Source: a virus (lineage: Duplodnaviria; Caudoviricetes). Taken from it: DNA of 64,000 nt. Both the position numbers and the translations under genes were made by a program. The DNA is taken from the IMG/VR virus record IMGVR_UViG_2528311002_000006, positions 1-64,000 of that record. One strand, written 5' to 3'. The number at the start of each line of letters is the position of its first letter. The first letter of the stretch is position 1. This document shows, one piece after another, positions 46,073-55,100 of this stretch. The notes beneath the pieces are model-generated. The model had not been told where the DNA came from. It saw only the letters and a list, made by a program, of their open reading frames with translations, and did no database searches.

Positions 46073-48412
46073 TCAGTCGCCGCCCCCTTCGATGCCGGCC
46101 ATCATTCCTGTAGCAGGCGATGCTGGATTGGCGGGGGTCAAGGGGTTGGTATTGGTCTGAGGTGGAGGAACCAGCCCACTTGCCACCAACTCATTGCCTT
46201 GCACCTGGGGGAGCGCTGGGGGCAGATCCTTGTCAGTCCCGCCTGCCGATTTCCAAATTGCGTCAGAGGCACCCGCCACAGGGGATGCCATCAGCAGGTT
46301 CTTGGCCGCCTCGGTAGCGCTATACATGCCCTCAACATTCGTTGTCGCTGCCTGTGCCAGAAGCTGCTCGGCGCGTGCTTGCTCCACGGAGACTTTGACA
46401 TGCTCCACGGCGGTGCGGGCCTGGGTGTGCTCGGCCTGAGCTGCCAGCAGCTGCGCGCGCGCCTGCAATGTAGGATCTTGCTGCGGGGCCTGCTGAGCCT
46501 GCTTCTGTTCCTCAGTCAACGCCACGCGCTCGGGGTCAAGGCGCTGCCCCTTCAGCAATTCCCTCATCAGGCGCGCCGGGTCGAGGCCATATGTCGGGTC
46601 TTTGGAGATCGCCAGCATCTGCATGAGGAAGGACTGCTGGGTGTTGCGCTCCAGTAGTGCCGAAGAAGCGCGCACATCGATCTGGAAGTCGCCCTTGATG
46701 CTGTCGTCGTCGTTGTACTGCATCATCCAGTCAAAATAGCGCTGGATATGCGGCTGCGTCACATAGTCGTCAAAGCGGCGGGCAAGGCGGCGCAGAACAC
46801 TGGAGGCATTGTTATCCTGCAGCTGCATCCCGCCCAGCGTGTTGGGAGAATCGCCCCGGATTCCCTGCAGCATGGCAGGCAAACCGGTCGTGTCCTCAGC
46901 CATAGACATGGCCCAGTTGATGATGTTCATCAACTCGTTCTGCACACTGGGGACAATAAATGCATTGAACGCTTGCCGTACATCGGTGATGTCCGCATCC
47001 GCTTCTACACGCCAGCGTTTGCCTGGGTACAGAGTCCAAGTGCCGTCCTCGGGGGTGACTTTGTTGCCCAGGATGATCTGGGGCGCCGCGCTCAGACTGG
47101 CGTTATCCATCATGGCGCGCACGGAGCCGTTCAAGATGCGCTGCACTGTGCGGATCTGGCGGGATACGCCCACGCCCCAAGGCAATCCTGGGCGGCGCTG
47201 CCATGCCAACACATCGTAGGGGAACTCCCCTTCATCCATGACTGACAACGTGATCTTGACCAGTCGATCATTGATCACCACGGCCATGGCAGGCATCTTC
47301 TCTTCCACATCCTCTTCCAGCTCCACGCCATACATGCGCAGGTGCTCGGCCGCGCAGTGGCCATGGAAGATCCACATTTCAAACTCGGCGTCGTTCTGAC
47401 GATGGCTGGATTCGGAGCCTTCACGGGCAGACTTGGGGCCCTCGCGCAGGACGGCCAGCAGCTCTTCCTTGTCATAGCCCGACATTTCGAGCATTTCCTT
47501 GACCTTGCGGCTCGACAGATACTCACGCTCCCATGTGTAGCTGCCGTTATGGATGTTCTCGCCGCAGGCGGGGTCTGGGAAGAAATTCCAGGGGTCGATG
47601 CGCTTGGAGCCCGGCTTGATCTCGGACAAGCGAATGAACTTGACCTCGCCAGTCACTGGATCTCGCTTCGCCATCCGGGCCACGCGCCGAACGGGGAACG
47701 GGCCTTTGAACACGCCCGATCCGATGCGCCCGGAGTCTTCAATCATCTGGCGCATCTCGCCATGCCAGTTGGACTCCACCAGGCAGTCTTCGATAGCCTG
47801 CTCCATCTTCTTGGCCGCAGTCTTGGCGTTCTGGATCTGCAGATCGACAAACTGCTCCATCACCTTCGGGCTGTAAATCGGGCCCATCATTTCCCGCAGT
47901 TGCTGCATCAGGTACGGGGTGAGCTTCGGGATCGGGGTCGGGCTGATCGCCCATGCCCGGTCATCTGTCGGGAGCAGCATGTCGGAAACCCGCGCACTGG
48001 CGGCATCCACATAGGAGCGTGTGATGTTGAGGAACACCACAGATCGCGCCGGCCCGGCTGGCCCGGTGGTGTCCTTGCCCGTGATGTGCGCCTTGGAAGT
48101 GCGATACAGCTGGTTGGCCGCATGGAAGGCACGATTGGCATCGTCGATGCCTTGATAGTGCTCCTCGTCTTCGCTCCACTCCAGCTCAATACCCGACGAG
48201 GCGCGTCCTGCGACAGCTTCGCGGCGCTTGCCGATCAGATTGAGCAGGAATGTATCGCGCTCGTGCTTGATCTTGGCCTCGATGGTGTCTTGATCCTCCA
48301 GCTCGGTACCGGGCATAACCGTCGCCATGGTGTCTTTGAAGCCGCGTTCAAACGCTTGCTGGGCGTTTTCGCCCATGGGTTTGTGTGTCATAGGCTGCAT
48401 GTCAGTACCCAA
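46073..48412 (-). CDS. portal protein
   Basis: 779 aa after the terminase; IDPWNFFPDP, WGVGV, TGLP...G...TLGGM. Confidence 0.88.
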   Translation of the reverse strand: MGTDMQPMTHKPMGENAQQAFERGFKDTMATVMPGTELEDQDTIEAKIKHERDTFLLNLIGKRREAVAGRASSGIELEWSEDEEHYQGIDDANRAFHAANQLYRTSKAHITGKDTTGPAGPARSVVFLNITRSYVDAASARVSDMLLPTDDRAWAISPTPIPKLTPYLMQQLREMMGPIYSPKVMEQFVDLQIQNAKTAAKKMEQAIEDCLVESNWHGEMRQMIEDSGRIGSGVFKGPFPVRRVARMAKRDPVTGEVKFIRLSEIKPGSKRIDPWNFFPDPACGENIHNGSYTWEREYLSSRKVKEMLEMSGYDKEELLAVLREGPKSAREGSESSHRQNDAEFEMWIFHGHCAAEHLRMYGVELEEDVEEKMPAMAVVINDRLVKITLSVMDEGEFPYDVLAWQRRPGLPWGVGVSRQIRTVQRILNGSVRAMMDNASLSAAPQIILGNKVTPEDGTWTLYPGKRWRVEADADITDVRQAFNAFIVPSVQNELMNIINWAMSMAEDTTGLPAMLQGIRGDSPNTLGGMQLQDNNASSVLRRLARRFDDYVTQPHIQRYFDWMMQYNDDDSIKGDFQIDVRASSALLERNTQQSFLMQMLAISKDPTYGLDPARLMRELLKGQRLDPERVALTEEQKQAQQAPQQDPTLQARAQLLAAQAEHTQARTAVEHVKVSVEQARAEQLLAQAATTNVEGMYSATEAAKNLLMASPVAGASDAIWKSAGGTDKDLPPALPQVQGNELVASGLVPPPQTNTNPLTPANPASPATGMMAGIEGGGD

Positions 48413-49166
48413 TCTCTCTATCTAGTGGGGCCCAGTTGTTCTGGGATTGCGCCTGCGGCATGGGCCTGACCTTGGCCTTGCGCAGCATCATCAGTGCGTA
48501 TCGGGTGGCGCTCATCAAGTCGTCGCGCAGCTTGACCACCTTCCCGTCCTTGCGGTGGTACAGGCGGAACTCGTCAAACCACGGGCTCAGGTGGCTGAAC
48601 ACCTTGAGGCGACCCGTCTGCATGCGCTCCAGCATGTCCATCAACCCGGCCTCGACCCCATTGGAGCCATCGGGGAAGGTGGCGCGATCCTTGAGCATCA
48701 GCAGACCAGCTGCCGCGTACTGCTTTGCCAGCTGCTCGCCGCTGCCCTTGTCGTGCTGCAGCCCGTCATGTGGCCAGGATGTAGGCACCCATGGCCCCCA
48801 GGCCTTGATGGTGGCCGCATGGATGACCGGGGTTTGCAGGCTCTCTCGGTGGACATGCACCACGTAGATGCAGTCCGCTTCGCGGTCGTAGGCCAGTTGC
48901 ACCGCTGCTGTGGGGTGATCCCAGCCGAAGTCGATGCCATTGATGCGCGGCCAGTGGGCCGGTATCGCAAAAGGCGTGACCTTGATGCTGTCCTCTTCCA
49001 CGGGGAAGATACGGCCGCTGCCCAGGGTGGGCGTGCCGCGCGCACGGGCTTCGCGCTCATGCGGTGGCGAGCTGTCCCACAGCTCCTTCTTGGTCTTGGC
49101 GTCCAAGTGCGGCACATCGTCCCAGCCAGCAGTGACGAGATAGCGGCTTTCGGTGACGGCTGGCAT
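48402..49166 (-). CDS. large terminase, C-terminal half (lid + RNase H nuclease)
   Basis: HEREARARGTPTLGSGRIF, GIDFGWDHP, WPHDG, DDLMSATRYA (P22 gp2-like). Confidence 0.9.
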   Translation of the reverse strand: MPAVTESRYLVTAGWDDVPHLDAKTKKELWDSSPPHEREARARGTPTLGSGRIFPVEEDSIKVTPFAIPAHWPRINGIDFGWDHPTAAVQLAYDREADCIYVVHVHRESLQTPVIHAATIKAWGPWVPTSWPHDGLQHDKGSGEQLAKQYAAAGLLMLKDRATFPDGSNGVEAGLMDMLERMQTGRLKVFSHLSPWFDEFRLYHRKDGKVVKLRDDLMSATRYALMMLRKAKVRPMPQAQSQNNWAPLDREIGY

Positions 49167-49903
49167 CAGTCAGCCTCCACTTTCCCCACTGCCTCGGGGT
49201 TGATGAACATCAACACCGTTCCGGTCGTGCCCTCCAGCGGGGTAAAGGTGATGTAGACAATGCCGTTGGTGGTGGCGGTACGAATCAAGCACTCGCTGTA
49301 GATGTCCAGCGGCGGCTCTTCATCAAGCCAGATCCCGTGGCGCTCCGTGCCCTCAAAGCTGCCGCGCCCCTGCTGGTAGGACTTGAGGCCTAGCTGCGAC
49401 CAGCCGCCCGACACATGCTTGACCATCACCGTGTCGGCAAGGTCGGCCACGCCCTGTTTCCAGGCAATCTTTCCAATGCAGTCCCCATAAATCAGCCCGG
49501 TACCGGAAAAGGCTTTGGCCTGGGCCACGCCCGTGACCGCGCCGAACAGCTTGTTCTGCACGATGTCGCGGGTCGTCTCATTGGTCTTGCCAGCAGCCCA
49601 GAAGTTGACGGGGTGATCAAAGCGCCGCCCGTCCCACCAGTCGGGATAGCGGCCAGTCAGGTGCAAGGCAGTCTCATAACCGCCCATGCCCTCCGTCTTG
49701 CCCACCCGGTTGGCAGCCATGGCGCAGCGCTCTCGATAGGTCGCGCCCGCCTTGAAGAACTCCAGATGCTTCTTATAGAGCTCACGGCGAAGCGGCCCCT
49801 TGTCGGGGTACATGGTGTCGATTTTGCGGGTGGCCAGCAGTGCCTTGAGCTGGGCCAGCATTTCGGCGCGCACCTCTGGAGATAGGCGGGATACATCCAT
49901 CAC
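49166..49903 (-). CDS. large terminase, N-terminal ATPase half
   Basis: Walker A AANRVGKT, Walker B WLDEE, coupling motif TFTP. Confidence 0.9.
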   Translation of the reverse strand: MMDVSRLSPEVRAEMLAQLKALLATRKIDTMYPDKGPLRRELYKKHLEFFKAGATYRERCAMAANRVGKTEGMGGYETALHLTGRYPDWWDGRRFDHPVNFWAAGKTNETTRDIVQNKLFGAVTGVAQAKAFSGTGLIYGDCIGKIAWKQGVADLADTVMVKHVSGGWSQLGLKSYQQGRGSFEGTERHGIWLDEEPPLDIYSECLIRTATTNGIVYITFTPLEGTTGTVLMFINPEAVGKVEAD

Positions 49904-50787
49904 CCGCCCTCCCCACTGCCCAGCAGCCTCGCCTGCAATGCCAGCAGCTCAGAAGTAGCCAGGCCAGCCAGCGCCTCCTGCGCAGCATTGCGTTGCTTGT
50001 TGTGAGCCTCATACAAGCCAAGGTGCTTGAACAGCTTTTCAGCGATGCCCACCTTGTCATGCATCTGGATCTCGATACCGTTCTTGCCGTGTTTGGCACC
50101 GGCGTAGAGGCTTGCGGCTTCGGGCGAGAGCTTGCGGGTGTCGTGCAACACCACACGCGAGTAGCCATCACCACCACACTCTGGGCAAGTGGGATGGGGT
50201 GGCAACAGAGGGTTGAAGCCAATACCGCCCTCTTCGTCAAAGTCGAGCGGAACCTTGCCTGAGTCGATCCACTTTTCACGGGCGGCATTCATTTCCGCCA
50301 CAGTGCGCTGGCGCTTGTGTCCCTCGCCATAGCAATGGCGGCAGCACCCCACACGGACTTCAACCAGCTCGCGGGCATCGGCCCGGAACATTTGCCACAC
50401 CTCACGCAGAACAACGTCCGCAGTAATCTCCGTGCGTTGCTGACGCTCTTGTTTTCGTAGCTGAATTTCAGCAGCTATATTAGGTTTTATTAGGTTTTCA
50501 CTACCAATTACAGCTGCTGTCTTCTCGCTGTATCCCGCCCGGATCGCAGCCTTGGTTGCGTTGAGATCAATCAGATACTCGTCAACAAACCGACTCTGTA
50601 AATCTGTCAGATCGCTTGCAGGCCTTGCGCTAGCAGCTATCGTTTTTGACAAGGGCTTAGCCCGTCCCTTGGTTGCGTTCTTGGCCTTAGACGCAGCAAT
50701 GCCCACGGCCTTTTTAGGTGCAGTGGGCTTTTTGGGGGTCGCTGTCTTCTTCGGTGCAGGCCGTTTGCCTGCCGGTGATGTGGCCAT
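49900..50787 (-). CDS. small terminase with Cys-rich insertion
   Basis: RFVDEYLIDLNATKAAIRAGYS; CRHC...CPEC; K/A/P-rich N-terminal tail. Confidence 0.9.
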   Translation of the reverse strand: MATSPAGKRPAPKKTATPKKPTAPKKAVGIAASKAKNATKGRAKPLSKTIAASARPASDLTDLQSRFVDEYLIDLNATKAAIRAGYSEKTAAVIGSENLIKPNIAAEIQLRKQERQQRTEITADVVLREVWQMFRADARELVEVRVGCCRHCYGEGHKRQRTVAEMNAAREKWIDSGKVPLDFDEEGGIGFNPLLPPHPTCPECGGDGYSRVVLHDTRKLSPEAASLYAGAKHGKNGIEIQMHDKVGIAEKLFKHLGLYEAHNKQRNAAQEALAGLATSELLALQARLLGSGEGG

Positions 50788-50794
50788 GCGCCCC

Positions 50795-50836
50795 AGTGTC
50801 TGGAGCCTGGCCGCAATCTCTAAACCCTATGCAGGG
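50795..50836 (-). promoter_or_regulatory. late promoter copy 6 (terS, leaderless)
   Basis: minus strand CCCTGCATAGGG-TTTAGA-N18-GACACT-N7-ATG. Confidence 0.8.
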
Positions 50837-51069
50837 TTCTCGACCTCGCGCTCAATTGTCACATCGTCAAAGGCATAGCTCCAGGCTGTACGGCCAGTCA
50901 CGGCCAGCTCCGCCATGTGACCGTCGAAACCATCAGTGTCGATATGGACTTGCTTGCGCGCCATGTCCATAGCTCCCTCCAAGTCGCGCACGCCTTCGTA
51001 GGTGACTTTTCGGAAAGGCGCGACTCTCAGACAGTTGTCTATCACTACCTTGTAGGTTGTGGTGCTCAT
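50827..51069 (-). CDS. hypothetical protein (moron)
   Basis: GGAGG RBS, 80 aa. Confidence 0.7.
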   Translation of the reverse strand: MSTTTYKVVIDNCLRVAPFRKVTYEGVRDLEGAMDMARKQVHIDTDGFDGHMAELAVTGRTAWSYAFDDVTIEREVENPA

Positions 51070-51081
51070 GGTTCAGCCCTC

Positions 51082-51480
51082 CTAATTCGCGGCGGCCCAC
51101 TTGCGCACTTCGCTGTAAAGCTCAGTGTGGCCGCACGGATTCGTCCAAGCGTGCACGGCCAAGCGGCAGCTTCCGTCCCAGCTTGTCCCCTCTGTGGGCT
51201 CTCCGCGCGTGCCACCACAGTGGATGCAGCGCCATGGCAGGGTAAGTGTCACAGACTCAGTGCCGCCGTGTTCCTCGCGCGCAGGAATGGTCACGGTGCG
51301 CAGTTCTTGGGCCGCGATGGCTTCCAAGGCCGCAGCCTGCGCCTCAATCTTCTGACGCTCGGCCTCCGCGTTTTGCAGGTCTTCTTCGCTATAGAAGTTG
51401 TACTTGTCGCCCTTGATAGTTTCAATGCGCTCGGCTATGTGCTCGCGGGCGGCATTGATAAGTTCGTCAAACTTGGTCAA
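51082..51480 (-). CDS. hypothetical protein with zinc-ribbon-like C-terminus
   Basis: CIHCGG...WTNPCGH; AAGGAG RBS. Confidence 0.7.
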   Translation of the reverse strand: MTKFDELINAAREHIAERIETIKGDKYNFYSEEDLQNAEAERQKIEAQAAALEAIAAQELRTVTIPAREEHGGTESVTLTLPWRCIHCGGTRGEPTEGTSWDGSCRLAVHAWTNPCGHTELYSEVRKWAAAN

Positions 51481-51504
51481 AGCTATCTCCTTATCGTGCC
51501 GCGC

Positions 51505-51756
51505 TCAGGCGGCGTACTTGCGTTCGTAAAAGCGGCTCAACAGTCCCAGATCAACGGTATGCAAGGCAGTGTGGTGGGTTCCGACGCTCTGGCAGTACGC
51601 CACCACATCTGCGCGTTCGGCCAGCGTGTCCTTCGCGTTGCGCTCGTCTATCAAGCGCTCCATAACCGCACGGCCACTGTCGTCCAACCATTTGAGGGCG
51701 ACGCGGCCGTTGTCGCGGATCAGGCGGCGGGCCCTACGGTATTGGGTGCGGTTCAT
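51505..51756 (-). CDS. hypothetical protein (moron)
   Basis: start MNRTQYRRARRLIRDNG at 51756. Confidence 0.65.
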   Translation of the reverse strand: MNRTQYRRARRLIRDNGRVALKWLDDSGRAVMERLIDERNAKDTLAERADVVAYCQSVGTHHTALHTVDLGLLSRFYERKYAA

Positions 51757-51767
51757 GGTCGCGCCCC

Positions 51768-52253
51768 TTACAGCAGGTTGCCCAGCTCTTCGGCCAGCTT
51801 GTGCGCGCCCTGCAGCAGGTCGTGCATGGCCGGGCTGTCGGTGTGGTCGCAGATCACGTCCCAGCCGTGATTGCCGTAGACCAAATAAATGCTGCCCAAC
51901 TTGCCTCCGAGTTCTCCGTCCTTGATAGCGTGGCGCACGATGATGGTTTCCTCGTCGCACTGGCCGATGTTGGCCATGATCTTGTCCAAGTCGCGGCTGC
52001 GCGACAGCTCTACGGTTTCGCTGTTGGTGATGCTGATGCAGTAACCGTTATCAGCTGCGGCCAGAATGTCACGGACGGCTTGGCGGATCACGGCTCGCTC
52101 GATCAGGATGCGCTGGCGGGACGATTCATCCTTAACCGATTGGAATTGCTCGAAATGGGCGCTGTCGTCGCGCTCGTCGTACTCAGCGCGGTGAGCTTGG
52201 TTTTTGATGCTCGCCAGCAGGCGGGCGGGGGGAATCACGGTGGCGTCTGTCAT
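51768..52253 (-). CDS. hypothetical protein (moron)
   Basis: IYLVYGN.GWDVICDH motif; strong codon bias. Confidence 0.75.
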   Translation of the reverse strand: MTDATVIPPARLLASIKNQAHRAEYDERDDSAHFEQFQSVKDESSRQRILIERAVIRQAVRDILAAADNGYCISITNSETVELSRSRDLDKIMANIGQCDEETIIVRHAIKDGELGGKLGSIYLVYGNHGWDVICDHTDSPAMHDLLQGAHKLAEELGNLL

Positions 52254-52273
52254 GGCGGCTTGTCCTCTACGGA

Positions 52274-53254
52274 TTACTTGGCGGCGGTGATGGCGTCCAG
52301 CACGGCCTGGGCGGCTTGGTCATTGACCGCGCTCTCGTCCTTTGCAGACGCGGCCAGCATTTCGACGGCGTCGCACATGGCGTCGTTCTGCTTGTCCGTA
52401 AGCTCTGTGGCATAGCTGCGTTCCAGCGCGCAAAGCGCATCCCAATGGGCAATCTTTGCAAGCACTGCGGCGCGCACCAGTTCGGTTTGGGTCTTGACGG
52501 GAGAGGCGGTGACACAGTTCAGTCCGTAGGCAGCCGCGAAGTCTGCATAGCTGACGTACCGCTCGAAACCGTCCGGCCCGCGCCCCACGCATACAAGGCC
52601 ATTCAGGGAAGCGGTCACGAAGATGGACGCGCCCTTCGCGCCCGTCATTGAGGTATTCAGCTCAGAGCCAACGCTGTTCAGCGCGCACATGGCGGTGTGC
52701 GCGGCTTTCGCTTGTGCTTGGGAAAGGATGTGGCCGGCGTGAGGCATGCCCTTCTCTACAAACGCCAGGGTGACGAATTCGGGCGCGGTAATCGTGAGGG
52801 TGTTTTCGTCGGCACTCTCCACGCCATCCCAGCAGCCGCGCTCGTCATCCCAGGCGGAGTCGTCCGCCTCGCAGCCATCGACGGGCCTACCGGCTTCCAG
52901 CTCGTAGGTGGTGCGGCCATCGCCGAACCCGGCAAGGCTGCACAGTTCGCTGCCGACAATGGCCAGGAACTGGCCTTGATCCTTGAGCGCTGTGCCGAAT
53001 GGCTTGTCCGCCAGCAACGCGCGGGCAGCTGCCATCCAGCCCTTGAATGTCTTGAGGTCGTGGCCCGCGATTGCGGCTTGCACCTGCTCAGACGTCATGG
53101 TGATGGGCTGGGGTCGAAACTCAGCGCAGCGGACGATGTATCCATCCTGATCGGGCGAGCCCGGAAAGTCATGCTCGCACGAAGAGCTTGCGCCCGGCTT
53201 GTAGGTGCATTTGGTGCAACCGCTGCACAGATCATCATCAGAAATAGAAGGCAT
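52274..53254 (-). CDS. multi-domain hypothetical protein with N-terminal Cys cluster
   Basis: CSGCTKC...C...C; 326 aa. Confidence 0.75.
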   Translation of the reverse strand: MPSISDDDLCSGCTKCTYKPGASSSCEHDFPGSPDQDGYIVRCAEFRPQPITMTSEQVQAAIAGHDLKTFKGWMAAARALLADKPFGTALKDQGQFLAIVGSELCSLAGFGDGRTTYELEAGRPVDGCEADDSAWDDERGCWDGVESADENTLTITAPEFVTLAFVEKGMPHAGHILSQAQAKAAHTAMCALNSVGSELNTSMTGAKGASIFVTASLNGLVCVGRGPDGFERYVSYADFAAAYGLNCVTASPVKTQTELVRAAVLAKIAHWDALCALERSYATELTDKQNDAMCDAVEMLAASAKDESAVNDQAAQAVLDAITAAK

Positions 53255-53263
53255 TTGGGTCTT

Positions 53264-53485
53264 TCAGGCTTGGTTGATACGGCAGAACTGGCGCACCTTG
53301 GAGAGCTTGTTGAGATCGCCACGGCAGCAGCTGGGTGTGCCGGACATGAAGAAGGTTTGACGCTTGCCATTCGGTGCCAGCACATCGAAGCTCAGGTGCT
53401 GGCCTTGGGTCTTGCCGTTGAATTCGATTTGCTGCGCCCCGGATTTCTCCAGCAGCGCCAGCATTTCCTTGACGCGCTTGCTCAC
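53264..53485 (-). CDS. small HicA-like protein
   Basis: GQHLSF...GKRQTFFMSGTPS..R...N pattern. Confidence 0.5.
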   Translation of the reverse strand: MSKRVKEMLALLEKSGAQQIEFNGKTQGQHLSFDVLAPNGKRQTFFMSGTPSCCRGDLNKLSKVRQFCRINQA

Positions 53486-53536
53486 ATCCACCCCCTCTCG
53501 GCCATGTTCATGGTGCTCTCTCTTTGCGTGGTTCGA

Positions 53537-53628
53537 TGTGATTTATTGTGATTCATTAAATACCGGTAAGCAAGTATTTTTGAATCACATTTAATATATT
53601 TTTCGCATCACATCAAAACCGCTAGAAT
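53537..53628. promoter_or_regulatory. divergent promoters with four TGTGAT operator half-sites
   Basis: TGTGAT at 53537 and 53547, ATCACA at 53584 and 53607; leftward TTGCTT-N17-CACAAT; rightward TAGAAT 7 nt before ATG 53636. Confidence 0.65.
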
Positions 53629-53635
53629 CGTGCGC

Positions 53636-53830
53636 ATGGAAAACATACCGAAGCGGTCGCGGGGTCGGCCTCCAGTCCCGGACGCAGACAGGCTTGAACA
53701 GCGCTCCATCCGGCTGTCTCAAAAAGCCTGGGCAAAGATTGATGAAGGGGGCATGCCATGGCTGCGGGGAGTCATCGACAAGGCGAAACTGCCCCCCAAG
53801 CCGACCTCTGATGAATTGGATCTGAGCTGA
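53636..53830 (+). CDS. small RHH-like regulator with RGRP motif
   Basis: KRSRGRPP...RSIRLS...W.KI..GG..WLR. Confidence 0.7.
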   Translation: MENIPKRSRGRPPVPDADRLEQRSIRLSQKAWAKIDEGGMPWLRGVIDKAKLPPKPTSDELDLS

Positions 53831-54397
53831 TCAGTCCAGCGCCAGCTCCACTTGGCGCTCGTCTACCTTGAGTCCCGAGGCCCGTGCTGCCGCAGTCACC
53901 CGCTCGATGGTCGCTGCTGCCTGAGCCAGTTTGGCCGCCACCTCCAGCGTGGGGCTCTCCAATTGCCGACGCTCGATTTGCTCGACCTTCATCAGCATGG
54001 TCGCCGCCATTTCGGTCATCGCCTGCCCCGCTTGAATCTGGGCCACCTGGGTGGCAGCGCCAGCCTGGAGCAACGCCAGGGCGCGGTCTTCAGCAGGCGT
54101 CAACGTCAACACATCGTCGCCAATTTCGATCTTGACGCACCCGTTCGGGAGCAACGTCTTGCTGATCGCTCGGGCCGGTGGGTGCGATTCGACGGGCACG
54201 TACTGCCCCTTGAGCACCCGTTTGATGCGCTCGCGCTCAACCAGGGCCTTGATCCTGTCGTCCACCCGGCCAAGTGGAAGGTCGGTCAGCGCCTGTACCG
54301 AATAGCGTGTAGCAGGCTGCTGCGCGTTGTGCAGCTCGACGATTGCCTCATACACGCGATCCGTGCTGGTCGCTGCCGCTTTCTCAGATGAATTCAT
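53831..54397 (-). CDS. winged-helix protein, last gene of the nin operon (candidate late activator)
   Basis: GGAG RBS; VYEAIVEL...TR..VQALT.L....VDDRIKALVE..RIKRV.KG.Y. Confidence 0.65.
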   Translation of the reverse strand: MNSSEKAAATSTDRVYEAIVELHNAQQPATRYSVQALTDLPLGRVDDRIKALVERERIKRVLKGQYVPVESHPPARAISKTLLPNGCVKIEIGDDVLTLTPAEDRALALLQAGAATQVAQIQAGQAMTEMAATMLMKVEQIERRQLESPTLEVAAKLAQAAATIERVTAAARASGLKVDERQVELALD

Positions 54398-54450
54398 GCT
54401 CTCTCCGGTTGGTACGATTGACTTGTCTCCGGTCAATCGACCTTCCAGAG

Positions 54451-54477
54451 GGGCCCGCTTCGTGCGGGCCTTTTTTT
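54451..54477 (+). terminator. intrinsic terminator oriented against the nin operon
   Basis: GGCCCGC-TTCGT-GCGGGCC followed by T7. Confidence 0.7.
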
Positions 54478-54536
54478 ATTCTTCCGGTGGCATCGCCCAT
54501 ATAAAACAATGCCTTGCAAGGGTGACGGACGGCAAG

Positions 54537-55100
54537 TCATCCATCCAGCACCAGCTCTTCCTCCCCCGGCAGATAGGGCAACTTCGAGGGCCAGCGCCCT
54601 TCCCTACGGAGTTGCTGGCGCGTCTGTGCGCTCCACAACTTGCCTTGTTCGACATGCGCGGCACGGCCACCAGGCAACAGCCGGTATTGGTCGAATGGCA
54701 CATGACAGCCCTCGACGCCCGGTCGCGTGCAGCACAGCGCCATGGCGCGTCGATCATCGAGCTTCAAGCCCTTGCCCTTTTTTTCGTTCTCGTGGGCGTG
54801 CTGGCTGTAGCCCTCAATCCCGCAATACGCGCAAGGCAGCGTCGCCACAAGGCGGCGGTATGGCTCGTATTCAATAGCATCGTCCTTGGGAACCGCCACC
54901 ACCTCAGTGCTGATCTCAAGAGGCGCCGTCTTACGCACCTTCACCAGCATCAGGGAAGCCAGGCGCTGCTGGCGAGCTTCATGCCGGGCCTCAATGTCTT
55001 CGTCACTGACCAGCGCCAGCCCAGTCCGCTCGAATCCTTTGGTGCGCTTCAAAGGTTTGCGGGTGCTCAACATTTCCAGCCCTGCCTGCTCATGCGCCAC
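54537..55100 (-). CDS. HNH-like zinc protein (DUF968-like)
   Basis: VATLPCAYCG...HAH...KGKGLKLDD...ALC...CH..FD. Confidence 0.75.
   Translation of the reverse strand: MAHEQAGLEMLSTRKPLKRTKGFERTGLALVSDEDIEARHEARQQRLASLMLVKVRKTAPLEISTEVVAVPKDDAIEYEPYRRLVATLPCAYCGIEGYSQHAHENEKKGKGLKLDDRRAMALCCTRPGVEGCHVPFDQYRLLPGGRAAHVEQGKLWSAQTRQQLRREGRWPSKLPYLPGEEELVLDG

Noticed and set aside
49140-49200. Intein or intron at the terminase split
   Set aside because: No intervening sequence; the two halves abut with a TGATG overlap.
8813-50836. CRISPR or REP interpretation of the CCCT-N4-AGGG repeats
   Set aside because: Copies are kilobases apart and at fixed spacing from -10 elements; no array or cas genes.
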